Origin: an uncultured Acidobacteriota bacterium
GTDB lineage: Bacteria > Acidobacteriota > Thermoanaerobaculia > Multivoradales > SZUA-115
Assembly (NCBI GenBank): GCA_963805975.1
Contig: CAWDVR010000001.1
Location: 928,001-992,000, forward strand
Length of the DNA: 64,000 nt
Direction of reading: 5' to 3'
In this document: piece by piece, positions 9,513-19,982 of the stretch
How the letters are laid out: every line of letters starts with the position of its first letter
Position numbering within the stretch: the first letter of the stretch is position 1
Notes under the pieces: generated by a model
What the model saw: only the letters and a program-made list of their open reading frames with translations
Told to the model about the DNA's origin: nothing
The model's database searches: none
Position numbers and translations under genes: made by a program

Positions 9513-10736
9513 GTGATCTCCAGCCTGGATCGCGGACTGGCCGAGCTCGGCGCTGCGGCGCTGGTCGTGGTGGCGGAGAACAGCCGTGACCCCGACCTGG
9601 CCCGCTTCGCCGGGCCGGTACATCTCGGCGAGTGCTTCCTGATCGTGCCGCGGGGCGCTCGCCCCCGGCTCGGCTTCTACACCCCCATGGAGCGGGACGA
9701 GGCGGCGGCGACCGGACTCGACCTGCTGCAACCCGCCGACCTCGGCCTCGACAAGCTGCTGCGCGAGGCCCCGACCCGCGAGCTGGCGGTGGCCGGGGCC
9801 CTCGAGCGCGCGCTCCGCCATCTCGCTATCGAACCGAACCGGATCGCGCTCGCCGGCACCGGCCCGGCCGGCACGCTCTGGGAAACCGGAGCGATGCTGG
9901 CCCGCGCCGGCTGGACCCCGGTCTCCGGCAATCGCCTGACCCGCCTGGTGCGCAAGGCCAAGACCGCCGCCGAGATCGCGGAGGCGCGGCGCGTGGCGGC
10001 CGGCGCCGCATCCGCGTTCCGGCAGGTGGCCGGCCTGCTGGCCGCGGCCAGCGTGGAGGAGGGAGAGCTGCGACTCGGCGGCGAGGGGCTGACCGTGGGG
10101 CGGCTCAAGCGCGAGATCGCCCGCAGCCTCGCCGACTTCGAGCTCGAGCAGCCCCGGGGCAATATCGTCGCGCCGGCGGAGGAGGGCGCGGTTCCCCACT
10201 CGTCCGGCACCGGCGGGCGGGCACTGCGGGCCGGGCAGTCGATCGTCGTCGACCTCTTCCCCAAGGGCTGGCTGTTCGCGGACTGCACCCGCACCTTCTG
10301 CGTCGGTCGGCCGCCCGAGCCGCTGGCCGCCGCCCACGGTGCCGTTCTCGCCGCGCTGGAACGCTCCCACGAGCGGCTCTCGGCCGAGCGAGTGGCTGCC
10401 AGGCCGCGTGGTCATTCGCTCCAGGCGTCGGTCTGCTCGGGGTTCAAGTCCCTGGGCTACCCGACGCCGGTGACCGACCCCGGCACCACCGTCGGCTACG
10501 TCCACAACCTGGGTCACGGCGTGGGCTTCGATCTGCACGAGTACCCGAGCTTCCGCCGCGAGGCCGGGGAGGAGGGGGTGCTCGAGGTGGGCGACCTCGT
10601 GACTGTGGAGCCCGGCCTGTACGACCCGGGGGCGGGATGGGGCGTGCGGCTGGAGGACATGGTCCATCTCTCCGCGGACGGCCCGGAGAATTTGACTCCC
10701 CTGCCCTACGCGCTCGATCCCGGAGAGTGGGTGTGA
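9513..10736 (+). CDS. M24 family (Xaa-Pro) metallopeptidase
   Basis: [32 protein letters not shown]. Confidence 0.88.
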   Translation: MISSLDRGLAELGAAALVVVAENSRDPDLARFAGPVHLGECFLIVPRGARPRLGFYTPMERDEAAATGLDLLQPADLGLDKLLREAPTRELAVAGALERALRHLAIEPNRIALAGTGPAGTLWETGAMLARAGWTPVSGNRLTRLVRKAKTAAEIAEARRVAAGAASAFRQVAGLLAAASVEEGELRLGGEGLTVGRLKREIARSLADFELEQPRGNIVAPAEEGAVPHSSGTGGRALRAGQSIVVDLFPKGWLFADCTRTFCVGRPPEPLAAAHGAVLAALERSHERLSAERVAARPRGHSLQASVCSGFKSLGYPTPVTDPGTTVGYVHNLGHGVGFDLHEYPSFRREAGEEGVLEVGDLVTVEPGLYDPGAGWGVRLEDMVHLSADGPENLTPLPYALDPGEWV

Positions 10737-10763
10737 CCGGGGGAGCCCAGGAAGGGCCCGCGC

Positions 10764-13199
10764 ATGCCGAGGCTGGCTTCTGATCTCCGCCTGGCGTGGC
10801 GCGGCCTCGCCCAGAGCCCCGCCTACACGGCGGCGGCACTCCTCATCCTGACCCTGGGCATCGGCGTCAACACCACGGTCTGGAGCGTCGTCAACGCCCT
10901 TTTCTTCGCCCCGCCTCGCGAGGTGGTCGCGCCGGAGCGGCTGGTGCTGGCCAATCACTTCTCGCGGGATGCCCCGGCGAGCAACTGGAGCTACGCGGAC
11001 TACGACTTCTTCCGGCGCGAGGCCCGACCGCTGACCGAGCTCGCGGCCCACTCGCTGGGCAGCCATGTGGTGACGGCCGAGATCGGCGAGTCCCTGCTCT
11101 CGGTCCGCCTGATCTTCGTGTCGGACAACTATTTCAGCGTGCTCGGCGTGAAGCCGGCCGCCGGCCGCGGCCTGGTCGCCGACGACAATTTCTTGCCGGG
11201 CAGCGAGCCGGTGGCCATGGCGAGCCACGGGTTCTGGCGGCGTGGCCTCGCCGGGAGCCCGGGCGCCGTGGGCTCGGGCGTCCGGCTCAACGGCCAGCCC
11301 TTCACCGTCGTCGGGGTCGCGCCCCAGGGCTTCGCCGGCCTTGGCGCGGCCGACGAGCCGGTGGACCTCTGGGTGCCGATCGTCGAGCGGCCCTTGCTCC
11401 TGGGCGGCAGCCCGGCGGTCCTCGAGCGGCGCCCCCATTGGGTCCTGGGCTGGCTCAAGGTCTTCGGCAGGCTGGGCCCGGGGGTCGGGATCGAGGAGGC
11501 GCAAGCGAACCTCGACGCCGTTTCCAGACGGCTGGGCGAACAGGTGCCCGAGTGGGCCGACAGCGGCGACGGGGTCGAGCTCCTCGGCCAGTACCGCTTC
11601 CATCCGCGGGTCGGCAGGAGCCTCGCCCGGCTGCTCCGGCTGCTCACCGCGGTGGGGTCGGTGGTGCTGGTGATCGCGGTGCTGAACCTGACGCTGCTGC
11701 TGCTCGCCCGCGCGTCCTCGCGCAGCAGGCAGACTGGCATCCGCCTGGCGCTCGGCGCCTCGCGCGGGCGCATCGCCCGCGAGCTGCTCGCCGAGTGCTG
11801 GCTCCTGGGCCTGGCCGGCGGCGCGGCGGCGTTCCTGGTGGCCTTCTGGTCTGCCGGCCTCGCGGGCCGGGCGTTGCCCTTCCGCCTGCACGCCGACTTC
11901 GCCCCGGACCTGCGCGTCCTCGCGGCGACGCTCGCGGCCTCGGTCGTCACCGCGCTGCTCTTCGGCTTGCTGCCGGCTCTGCTCGGCTCGAGGACGGAGG
12001 CGCTGTCGGTGATCCGCCGCGGCGAAGGCAGGGACGTTTGGGCGAAGCTGCACGACGCCCTGGTGGTGGCGCAGATCGCTCTCGCCGTGCCGCTCACGGC
12101 CGGCGCCGTGGTCTTCGTCCAGAGCTTTCGCGAGGCGAGCCGGGTGGACCTCGGCTTCGCCAGCGACCGGCGGCTCATCGTCTCGCTCCAACTCGGCCAG
12201 CACGGTTACGGCGCCGGCGAGGCGCGGCAGTTCGGGGAGCTGGCACGCGAGCGGTTGCTGGCGCTGCCCGGGGTCGAGCAGGTATCGACCCTCGCGGTGC
12301 CGCCTTTCTCCGGCACCATGCTCGACACGGCGCTCGCCGAGGGCCGACCGGAGGACGAGCGGCTCGAGGTCGCCCTCAACCTCGGCGGGCCGGGCTTCTT
12401 CCGGGCGCTGGGGATCCCCCTGCTGGCCGGCCGCGATTTCACGGCGCAGGACCGCGCGGGAGCCGAGAACGTCGCGGTGGTGAGCCAGGCCGCCGCGGAC
12501 CGGCTGTGGCCCGGGGAGGATCCCCTCGGCCGCCGGCTGCTGTCGCTGGCAGAGCCGCGGACCGTGATCGGCGTCGCGGCGCCCACGCGGTTCCAGCGGC
12601 TGGACGAGCCGGCGGCGGCGAGCGTGTACCTGCCGGCGCTCCAGGCGGGCGAGAACGAGCTCAGCCTGGTGGTGGTGACGAAGGCGAGGCCCGCGGCTCT
12701 CGCGCCGGCCGTCGAGCGGGGCCTCCGGGCGCTCGATCCACGGATCTCGATCGCGGACCTCCAGCCGCTCGACACGATCGTGGACCGGGTGCTGGGTGGC
12801 TACCGGGTGGGTGCCGTCCTCGTCGGTGGCTTTGCCGCCCTCGCGCTGCTGCTCACCGCGACCGGCCTCTACGGCGTGCTCGCGTACCGGGTGTCCCGGG
12901 GCCAGCGGCGGATCGGCGTCCAGATGGCGCTCGGCGCCAGCCGGTCGAGGGTGGCGGGGACGGTGCTGCGTCGTGGCCTGCTGCTCGCCGCCTGGGGCGT
13001 GCCGATCGGCCTCGGCGTGGCCTGGGCCGGCGGCCGGCTGCTCGAGAGCTTCCTGTTCCAGGCCCGGGCCGGCGACCCCTGGCAGCTCCTCGGGGTGTCG
13101 CTCGTCGTGGTGGCGGTCATCGCCCTCGCGAGCTGGCTCCCGGCGCGGCGCGCCGCGCGCGTCGATCCGGTCACCGCGCTCCGGGAAGGGCAGGGTTAG
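10764..13199 (+). CDS. ADOP-type (MacB/FtsX duplicated) orphan ABC permease
   Basis: LTLGIGVNT, GIRLALGASRGRI, IGVQMALGA, PARRAARVDPVTALR. Duplicated architecture with no adjacent ABC ATPase. Confidence 0.9.
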   Translation: MPRLASDLRLAWRGLAQSPAYTAAALLILTLGIGVNTTVWSVVNALFFAPPREVVAPERLVLANHFSRDAPASNWSYADYDFFRREARPLTELAAHSLGSHVVTAEIGESLLSVRLIFVSDNYFSVLGVKPAAGRGLVADDNFLPGSEPVAMASHGFWRRGLAGSPGAVGSGVRLNGQPFTVVGVAPQGFAGLGAADEPVDLWVPIVERPLLLGGSPAVLERRPHWVLGWLKVFGRLGPGVGIEEAQANLDAVSRRLGEQVPEWADSGDGVELLGQYRFHPRVGRSLARLLRLLTAVGSVVLVIAVLNLTLLLLARASSRSRQTGIRLALGASRGRIARELLAECWLLGLAGGAAAFLVAFWSAGLAGRALPFRLHADFAPDLRVLAATLAASVVTALLFGLLPALLGSRTEALSVIRRGEGRDVWAKLHDALVVAQIALAVPLTAGAVVFVQSFREASRVDLGFASDRRLIVSLQLGQHGYGAGEARQFGELARERLLALPGVEQVSTLAVPPFSGTMLDTALAEGRPEDERLEVALNLGGPGFFRALGIPLLAGRDFTAQDRAGAENVAVVSQAAADRLWPGEDPLGRRLLSLAEPRTVIGVAAPTRFQRLDEPAAASVYLPALQAGENELSLVVVTKARPAALAPAVERGLRALDPRISIADLQPLDTIVDRVLGGYRVGAVLVGGFAALALLLTATGLYGVLAYRVSRGQRRIGVQMALGASRSRVAGTVLRRGLLLAAWGVPIGLGVAWAGGRLLESFLFQARAGDPWQLLGVSLVVVAVIALASWLPARRAARVDPVTALREGQG

Positions 13200-13211
13200 A
13201 GTCCCGCTCGG

Positions 13212-14210
13212 ATGCGCCTCCGTCTCGCCCTCCTCTCCCTTCTGGCCTCCCTCGGGCTCGCCGAGCTGACGGTGCGCCTGCTGGCGCCGGTGGACTACCG
13301 GCGGCCCCCCGCGCGGCGCGAGAGCCCCTGGCGGACGCTGGTGCACCGGCCGTCGCAGGTGCCGGGGCTGGCCTACGAGCTGGCGCCCGGCGTCGAGGCC
13401 GACACCGATCGGGGACGGGTCGTGACCAACTCGTTCGGCATGCGGGACCGCGAGCGCCAGCTCGTGGCGCCGGCGGGCACCGCCCGCCTCGCCGTGCTCG
13501 GCGACTCCTTCACCTTCGGCTTCGGGGTCGAGGCCGAGGAAACCTACCCGGCGGTGCTCGAGCGGCTGCTCAACGGGGCAGGAGGGGAACGCTTCGAGGT
13601 CTTGAACTTCGGCGTCGGCGGCTACTCGACGCGCGACGAGGCGGCCCTGCTGGCTCACAAGGTGCGAGCCTTCAAACCCCGGCTGGTGCTCCTCGGCTAC
13701 GTGTTGAACGATCCCGAGATCGACCCGGTGCAGCCGCTCCAGGCGTACTTCGCCCCGGTCGCCTGGTGGCAGCGGTTCCACCTCACCCGGCTGGTGGCGC
13801 GTGCCGCCAACGCGCGCGCCGTGGCGCGGAACGGCGGCAACTACACCCGCTACCTGCACTCCGAGCCGCGCAAGTGGGGGAGCGTGGTGGCCGCCTTCGC
13901 CCACATCCACGAGCTGGCGCGAGAGGACGGCTTCGAGGTCGCGGTGGCCATCTTCCCCGTGATCCCGGAGACGAGCTGGCAGAGCTACCCGTTCCGGCAG
14001 ATCCACGAGCAGGTGGCGGCGGCGGCGCGCGGCAAGCGCTTCGGGGTGATCGACCTGCTGGCGCCGCTCTCGGCCTACCCGCCCCAGGAGATCTCGCTCA
14101 GCGCCGAGGACCGCCACCCCAACCGGCGCGGGCACGAGGTTGCGGCGCGGGCAATGTACGAGAGAATCGAAGGACTGTACCCGCACCTTCTCGAGGAGCC
14201 CCGCCCGTGA
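13212..14210 (+). CDS. SGNH/GDSL hydrolase, N-terminally anchored
   Basis: LGDSFTFG, NFGVGGY, LND and DRHPN blocks. Confidence 0.88.
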   Translation: MRLRLALLSLLASLGLAELTVRLLAPVDYRRPPARRESPWRTLVHRPSQVPGLAYELAPGVEADTDRGRVVTNSFGMRDRERQLVAPAGTARLAVLGDSFTFGFGVEAEETYPAVLERLLNGAGGERFEVLNFGVGGYSTRDEAALLAHKVRAFKPRLVLLGYVLNDPEIDPVQPLQAYFAPVAWWQRFHLTRLVARAANARAVARNGGNYTRYLHSEPRKWGSVVAAFAHIHELAREDGFEVAVAIFPVIPETSWQSYPFRQIHEQVAAAARGKRFGVIDLLAPLSAYPPQEISLSAEDRHPNRRGHEVAARAMYERIEGLYPHLLEEPRP

Positions 14211-16663
14211 ATGACCCCCAGGCCTACGAAAAGCTCGGCGTGTTCTACCTCGGCCGCCCGCTCGACCCGGAGACGCACCAGCCGGCGGCCGCGCCGCTGC
14301 TCTATGACTCGCAGGACCTCCTCACCCACGCCGTGTGCCTGGGGATGACCGGCAGCGGCAAGACTGGCCTCTGCATCAGCCTGCTCGAAGAGGCGGCGAT
14401 CGACGGCATCCCGGCGCTGATCATCGATCCCAAGGGAGACCTGGGGAACCTGCTGCTGACCTTCCCCGACCTCCGACCCCAGGATTTCGAGCCCTGGGTG
14501 GACGAGTCCGAGGCCTCCCGCCAGGGCAAGTCGGTGGCGGACTTCGCGGGAGCACAGGCCGAGCTGTGGGAGAAGGGCCTCGCCGACTGGGACCAGAGCG
14601 GCGAGCGCATCCGCCGCTTGAAAGAGGCGGCGGACGTGGCGATCTACACCCCGGGCAGCGAGGCCGGCCTGCCGCTCTCGGTGCTCGCCTCGCTCAAGGC
14701 GCCGGGGCCGGCGGTGCGCGACGACTCGGACCTCTTCGCCGACCGCATCCAGACCGTGGCCGGGAGCCTCCTGTCGCTCCTCGGCATCGATGCCGACCCG
14801 GTGCGGAGCCGTGAGCACGTGCTGCTCTCGAATATTTTGGCCGACCGCTTTCGTGCCGGTCAGGACTTGGAGCTCGCAAGCCTCATCCACCTGATCCAGA
14901 ACCCACCGTTCGCCCGCGTCGGCGTGATGGAGGTGGAGAGCTTCTATCCCGGCAAGGAGCGCTTCGAGCTCGCCCTGGCGCTCAACAACCTGCTGGCTTC
15001 GCCGGCCATGCAGACTTGGCTCACCGGCGACCCGCTCGACGTCGACAAGCTGCTCTACACCGTTCAGGGCAAGCCACGCCTGGCGATCCTGTCCATCGCC
15101 CATCTCTCCGACAACGAGCGCATGTTCTTCGTGTCCCTGCTCCTCTCCGAGGTGGTGGGGTGGATGCGGAGCCAGTCAGGGACCTCCAGCCTGCGCGCCA
15201 TCCTCTACATGGACGAGGTCTTCGGCTTCCTGCCGCCGGTGGCCGAGCCGCCGTCGAAGAAGCCGCTCCTGACGCTGCTCAAGCAGGCGCGTGCCTTCGG
15301 CCTCGGCGTGGTGCTCGCCTCCCAGAACCCGGCCGACCTGGACTACAAGGCGCTCTCGAACGCGGGCACTTGGTTCCTCGGCCGGCTCCAGACCGAGCGC
15401 GACAAGATGCGGGTGATCGAGGGTCTGGAGGGAGTGGCGGCAACGGAGAGCGGCACCTTCGACAAGCAGGCCATGGAGCAGACCCTGGCGGGCCTCCCCA
15501 AGCGCACCTTCCTGCTGCACAACGTGCACGAAGGCGCGCCGCTGGTGTTCCAGACCCGCTGGGCGCTCTCGTACCTGCGGGGCCCGCTGACCCGGCAGGA
15601 GATCAAGCGGTTGATGGACCCGGTGCGCCGTGGGCCGGAGGTGACACTCGGTGCGCGGCAGGCCAGGGCCGGCGGCGAGAGCAAGACGGTTTCCGCTGCG
15701 GGCGCGTCCTCCGAGGGCCGGCCGCTGCTGCCGCCGGAGGTGCCCGAAACCTTCCTCGTCGCCCGCGGCAGTGGGGAGGTCGGCTACGAGCCCACCCTCC
15801 TCGGCTTGGCCGCGGTGCGCTACTACGATGCCAAGCGGCGGCTGGACCATACGGACGAGCTGGCGCTGCTGTTGCCGCTCGAATCGACCACCACCGCCTC
15901 CGACTGGCGGCAGGCCGAGGAGCTGGCGGCCGGCTTCGATCCGGAGCGGGACCTCGAGGGCCAACCCGCCTCAGGCGCCAGCTTCACGGCCCTGCCCGGA
16001 GCCGCGGCGCAAGCCAGGAGCTACAAGGGGTGGGAGAAGGAGCTGGCAGACACGCTCTTCCGCGAGCGCCGGCTGGACCTCCTGGCCTCGCCGCTCCTGG
16101 GCGAGACGGCGGCGCCCGGCGAGGACGAGCGGGCATTCCGCATCCGCATTGGGGACCTGGCGCGCCAGGCCCGCGACACGGAGAAGGAGAAGCTGCGCCA
16201 GAAGTACGGCACCCGGATCTCCGGCCTCGAAGAGCGCATCCGGCGCGCCCAGGACCGTGTCGAGCGCGAGAAGTCGCAGGCCTCGAGCGCCAAGACCTCG
16301 ACCGTGCTGTCGCTCGGCGCGGCCGCGGTGTCCGCGCTCTTCGGTCGCAAGACATTCAGCCGCTCGACGTTCTCCAAGGCCTCGTCGGCACTCAAGGGCG
16401 TGGGCCGGAGCATGGAGCAGGGCAAGGACGTGGACCGCGCCGAAGGAGACCTCGAGACCCTGCAGCAGGGCCTGGCCGAGCTCAACGCCGAGCTGGAGCG
16501 CGAGCTGGCTGTCCTGGCCGAACGCTACGACCCGCAGTCGCAGCCGCTCGAGACGCTGACGCTGCGGCCCAAGAAGAGCGATGTGACCGTGCGCCGGCTG
16601 ACGCTCGCCTGGACGCCGTGGCGGACTGCCAAGGCCGGAGGCCGCGAGCCGGCCTGGAGGTAG
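14207..16663 (+). CDS. HerA/FtsK-superfamily ATPase (DUF853/DUF87-like) with C-terminal coiled coil
   Basis: GTG start overlapping the upstream TGA. Walker A GMTGSGKT, IIDPKGD, YMDEVFG, QARAFG, LASQNP. Confidence 0.85.
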   Translation: MNDPQAYEKLGVFYLGRPLDPETHQPAAAPLLYDSQDLLTHAVCLGMTGSGKTGLCISLLEEAAIDGIPALIIDPKGDLGNLLLTFPDLRPQDFEPWVDESEASRQGKSVADFAGAQAELWEKGLADWDQSGERIRRLKEAADVAIYTPGSEAGLPLSVLASLKAPGPAVRDDSDLFADRIQTVAGSLLSLLGIDADPVRSREHVLLSNILADRFRAGQDLELASLIHLIQNPPFARVGVMEVESFYPGKERFELALALNNLLASPAMQTWLTGDPLDVDKLLYTVQGKPRLAILSIAHLSDNERMFFVSLLLSEVVGWMRSQSGTSSLRAILYMDEVFGFLPPVAEPPSKKPLLTLLKQARAFGLGVVLASQNPADLDYKALSNAGTWFLGRLQTERDKMRVIEGLEGVAATESGTFDKQAMEQTLAGLPKRTFLLHNVHEGAPLVFQTRWALSYLRGPLTRQEIKRLMDPVRRGPEVTLGARQARAGGESKTVSAAGASSEGRPLLPPEVPETFLVARGSGEVGYEPTLLGLAAVRYYDAKRRLDHTDELALLLPLESTTTASDWRQAEELAAGFDPERDLEGQPASGASFTALPGAAAQARSYKGWEKELADTLFRERRLDLLASPLLGETAAPGEDERAFRIRIGDLARQARDTEKEKLRQKYGTRISGLEERIRRAQDRVEREKSQASSAKTSTVLSLGAAAVSALFGRKTFSRSTFSKASSALKGVGRSMEQGKDVDRAEGDLETLQQGLAELNAELERELAVLAERYDPQSQPLETLTLRPKKSDVTVRRLTLAWTPWRTAKAGGREPAWR

Positions 16664-16670
16664 GGCGCCT

Positions 16671-17045
16671 CTACTCCGAGACCAGGGCGAGGATGTTCCC
16701 GTCCGGGTCCTTGAACCAGGCGGTGCGCATGCTCCCCGCAACGTGGACGTCGCCCTCGTGCGTCATGCCCGGCAGGTCATATCGCTCGAAGGTCACTCCC
16801 TTGGCCTGGAGGGCCTCCACCACTCCGTCCACGTCGTCGAGGACCCAGGTGACGGCAGTCGCTCGGTTCGTTCCGGCGTACTCTGACTCGTAGACGAAGA
16901 GCGTCGAGCTTCCGCTCTTGTAAGTCAGCACTTCCGGCTCCTCGGAATCGAGCGGCTTCAGGCCGAGCGTGTCGCTGTAGAATTTCTTCGCTACCCCAAC
17001 ATCCTTTACCGCGATCGTGGCGATAGCGTCATTGGTTCCCAACAT
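16671..17045 (-). CDS. VOC/glyoxalase family protein
   Basis: AKKFYSDTLGL and WFKDPDGNIL. GGAGGAAGG RBS. Confidence 0.9.
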   Translation of the reverse strand: MLGTNDAIATIAVKDVGVAKKFYSDTLGLKPLDSEEPEVLTYKSGSSTLFVYESEYAGTNRATAVTWVLDDVDGVVEALQAKGVTFERYDLPGMTHEGDVHVAGSMRTAWFKDPDGNILALVSE

Positions 17046-17215
17046 TTCCTTCCTCCCTTCGCGTCGAAACTTCTCGGGCTTCCTGGACAGATCTTCCGGT
17101 TTGGGCGCACCGCTCACGTGATGGAGGCGCCCTGGGCCGACGGCTGCAAGCGAGAGGCCAGGACCGGGCGCGGTGGTAGGCTTCCGCCAAACCTTCCCGT
17201 GCGCCTTCCGGCCTC

Positions 17216-18655
17216 ATGTTGACTCCCGTCACCCTGCCCCTCTGGCTGGTGGTGGTGCTCGTGCTGCTCGCCGCCTGGTCCGCGGGCAGCCTGTTCCTCA
17301 TCCCCAGCTTTCGCTGGTTCGTCCGCCGGCGGGTGAACCGCGCCATCGAGGAGGTCAACACTCGCCTGCGCATCCGCATCCAGCCCTTCAAGCTCACCAA
17401 GCGCGAGGTGCTGATCGACCGCCTGAGCTACGACCCGCAGGTGCTCGAGGCGGTCGAGGCCCGTGCCCGCGAGCAGGGTGTGCCACGGGAGATCGCGATG
17501 GCCGAGGTGCGGCGCTACGCCGGCGAGATCGTGCCGGCGTTCAACGCCTATCTCTACTTCCGGCTCGGTTACTCGTCGGCGCGCTGGGTGGCGCGGCGGC
17601 TCTACCGAGTGCGCCTGGGCTCCTCGGACGATGCGGCGCTCGCCGCCATCCCGCCGCAGTCGACCGTCGTCTTCGTCATCAACCACCGCAGCAACATGGA
17701 TTACGTGCTGGTCTCCTACCTGGCGGCGGAGCGCACGGCGCTCTCCTACGCGGTGGGGGAGTGGGCGCGCATCTGGCCGCTGCAGCAGTTGATCCGCGCC
17801 ATGGGCGCCTACTTCGTGCGCCGCAACTCCAAGAACCCGCTCTACCGGCGCGTGCTCGAGCGCTACGTCCACATGGCGACCGCGGCGGGCGTCACCCAGG
17901 CGGTGTTTCCGGAGGGCGGCCTGTCGCGCGACGGCGCGCTCCGCCCGCCACGCCTGGGCCTGCTCGACTACATGCTGCGCGATTTCACCGTGTCGCCGGA
18001 GGGGGGCTCGGGCGAGCGCGACCTGGTGTTCGTGCCGGTGGCGATCAACTACGACCGCGTGCTCGAGGACCGTACCCTGCTGCTCGACACGCTGCCGGAA
18101 GGGGAGCGCCGCCCGGCGCCCGCGCTCTCGACCACGCTGCGCTTCGTGGGCAGGAACCTCTGGCAGATGGTGGTCAGTGACTGGCACCGCTTCGGCTACG
18201 CCTGCGTGAACTTCGGCACCCCGGTGTCGCTCTCCACCTTCCTGGCGGCCGAAGGGGTCGACCTCCAGACCCTCGATCGCGAGCAGCGCATCGCGGTCAC
18301 CGCGAAGCTCGCCGGGCGGCTGATGAAAGAGATCGGCGCCGTGGTGCCGGTGATCCCCGTGCCCGTGGTGTGTACGGTGCTGCTCGAGGCGGGGGAGGCG
18401 TGGCTCTCCGAGATCGAGGTCAAGAGCCGCTTCTTCGCCAAGCTCTCCGCCCTGCAAGCCGCGGGCGCCCAGGTCTACATCCCGCGCCGCGACGAGGACT
18501 ACATGGCCGCCGTGGGCCTGCGCATGCTGCGCCTGCGCCGGCTGGTGGAGGAGAAGGACGGTCTGTTCCGAGCGCGACCCGAGGAGAGGCGCGTGCTGGC
18601 CTACTACGCGAGGTCGATCGAGCACCTCGAAAGCGGCCCCACGACCGCGTCTTGA
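17216..18655 (+). CDS. Glycerol-3-phosphate acyltransferase (PlsB-like)
   Basis: NHRSNMD (HX4D), GAYFVRR and FPEGGLSR acyltransferase blocks. Confidence 0.85.
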   Translation: MLTPVTLPLWLVVVLVLLAAWSAGSLFLIPSFRWFVRRRVNRAIEEVNTRLRIRIQPFKLTKREVLIDRLSYDPQVLEAVEARAREQGVPREIAMAEVRRYAGEIVPAFNAYLYFRLGYSSARWVARRLYRVRLGSSDDAALAAIPPQSTVVFVINHRSNMDYVLVSYLAAERTALSYAVGEWARIWPLQQLIRAMGAYFVRRNSKNPLYRRVLERYVHMATAAGVTQAVFPEGGLSRDGALRPPRLGLLDYMLRDFTVSPEGGSGERDLVFVPVAINYDRVLEDRTLLLDTLPEGERRPAPALSTTLRFVGRNLWQMVVSDWHRFGYACVNFGTPVSLSTFLAAEGVDLQTLDREQRIAVTAKLAGRLMKEIGAVVPVIPVPVVCTVLLEAGEAWLSEIEVKSRFFAKLSALQAAGAQVYIPRRDEDYMAAVGLRMLRLRRLVEEKDGLFRARPEERRVLAYYARSIEHLESGPTTAS

Positions 18656-18663
18656 AGTCGCCG

Positions 18664-19971
18664 CTACGTTCGCCGGTCGCCGGCCCCTGCTGCGCGGCGC
18701 GGAGAACCGCCACTGATTCCGTGCTCGGCGGCCACGCGGTCGTAGTACTCGATCACCTGGCGGACGTAGGCGCGCTTCTCGCGGTAGGTGCCGGGGAAAA
18801 AACAGCGCTTGAAGCCGTAGATCGCCACCGTGCGCAGCTCCGAGGGCGTCATCGAAAAGGCCTCGCAGGCCTGCGCCAGCTCCCGCGTCACCGAGGTGCG
18901 GGAGACCAGCCGGTTGTCCGTGCAGAGGGCGACCGAGAGGCGGTCGCGCAGCATGCGGCCGAAGGGGTGGTCCGCCACGCTCTTCAACTGCGGCATGGTC
19001 TGTAAGTTCGAGGTGATGCAGACCTCGAGTGTCACCCGCCGGTGGGCGATGTACTCGGAGAGCTGTTCCACGTAACGCTCGGCCTGGGGGTCCTTGACCA
19101 GCTCGGTCGCGTAGAGGTGTGTGCCGTGACCGATGCGGTCGGCGTCCAGCTTGGTGATCGCCTGGAAGATGCTCTCCGGGCCGTAGGCCTCGCCGGCGTG
19201 CACCGTCTTCTTGAGGAAGTGGCGGTGCGCGAAGCTGAACGCCTGCACGTGGTCGGAGGCCGGGTTTCCGGCCTCGGCACCGGCCAGGTCGAAGCCCACG
19301 ATCGGCAGCCCGAAACGGTCGCGGGCGTCGATCACGCTCCGCGCCAGCGCCAGCGAGGCGACGCCGAAGACCTCGCGCCGCGGCGCCTTCTCCAGCACGC
19401 CGATCAGGTCTTTGTAGTAGGGCGCGAAGCCGGCGGTGAACATGCGCATGGCGCAGGTGATGATGCCGTAGCGGAAGGGCGGCTCGCCGCGCTCGCGCAC
19501 CGCCGGCGAAGCCTCGTGCTCGCGGCGGGCGCGCTCCATCCCGCGGCTCACGGCGGCGATCACCTGGCCGACGTCGAAGCCCGGCCGCACGTGGAGCTGC
19601 GGCGCAAAGCGCACCTCGACGTAGCGCACGCCCTCGGTGAGCGAGTCCTCGGCCAGCTCGTAGGCCGCGCGCTCCAGGCTCTCGGGGTCGATGAGCACGG
19701 CGCAGGTGTAGGCGAAGCCGTGCAGGTAGTCCGGCAGGTCGCGGTAGCTCTCTTTGAAGACCAGCTCGAGCAGGCCCTCGGGAGTCTGCGAGGGCAGCTT
19801 CACTCCCCGCTCGCGGGCCAGCTCGATCAGCGTCGGCAGGCGCAGCGAACCGTCGAGGTGGACGTGCAGATCGGTCTTGGGGAGCGCTTCTAGGAACGCC
19901 TGCGAAAAGGGGCGGGAGGCGGGAGAGTCTGGGAGAGGCGGGCTCGATTTTGTCGTGGATTGCTCAGCCAT
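18664..19971 (-). CDS. add: Adenosine deaminase family protein
   Basis: PKTDLHVHLDGS, TVHAGE, RIGHG, EVCITSN, CTDN. Confidence 0.9.
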   Translation of the reverse strand: MAEQSTTKSSPPLPDSPASRPFSQAFLEALPKTDLHVHLDGSLRLPTLIELARERGVKLPSQTPEGLLELVFKESYRDLPDYLHGFAYTCAVLIDPESLERAAYELAEDSLTEGVRYVEVRFAPQLHVRPGFDVGQVIAAVSRGMERARREHEASPAVRERGEPPFRYGIITCAMRMFTAGFAPYYKDLIGVLEKAPRREVFGVASLALARSVIDARDRFGLPIVGFDLAGAEAGNPASDHVQAFSFAHRHFLKKTVHAGEAYGPESIFQAITKLDADRIGHGTHLYATELVKDPQAERYVEQLSEYIAHRRVTLEVCITSNLQTMPQLKSVADHPFGRMLRDRLSVALCTDNRLVSRTSVTRELAQACEAFSMTPSELRTVAIYGFKRCFFPGTYREKRAYVRQVIEYYDRVAAEHGISGGSPRRAAGAGDRRT

Positions 19972-19982
19972 GACGCAGCATG

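Noticed and set aside
9486-14186. 1566-aa minus-strand ORF
   Set aside because: Antisense shadow of three well-supported plus-strand genes in high-GC DNA. Composition is Arg/Gly/Ala-rich with no motifs.
10796-14206. Apparent 1955-aa giant ATPase fusion
   Set aside because: The N-terminal ~1137 aa are an off-frame read through the permease and SGNH genes. The real start is the GTG at 14207.
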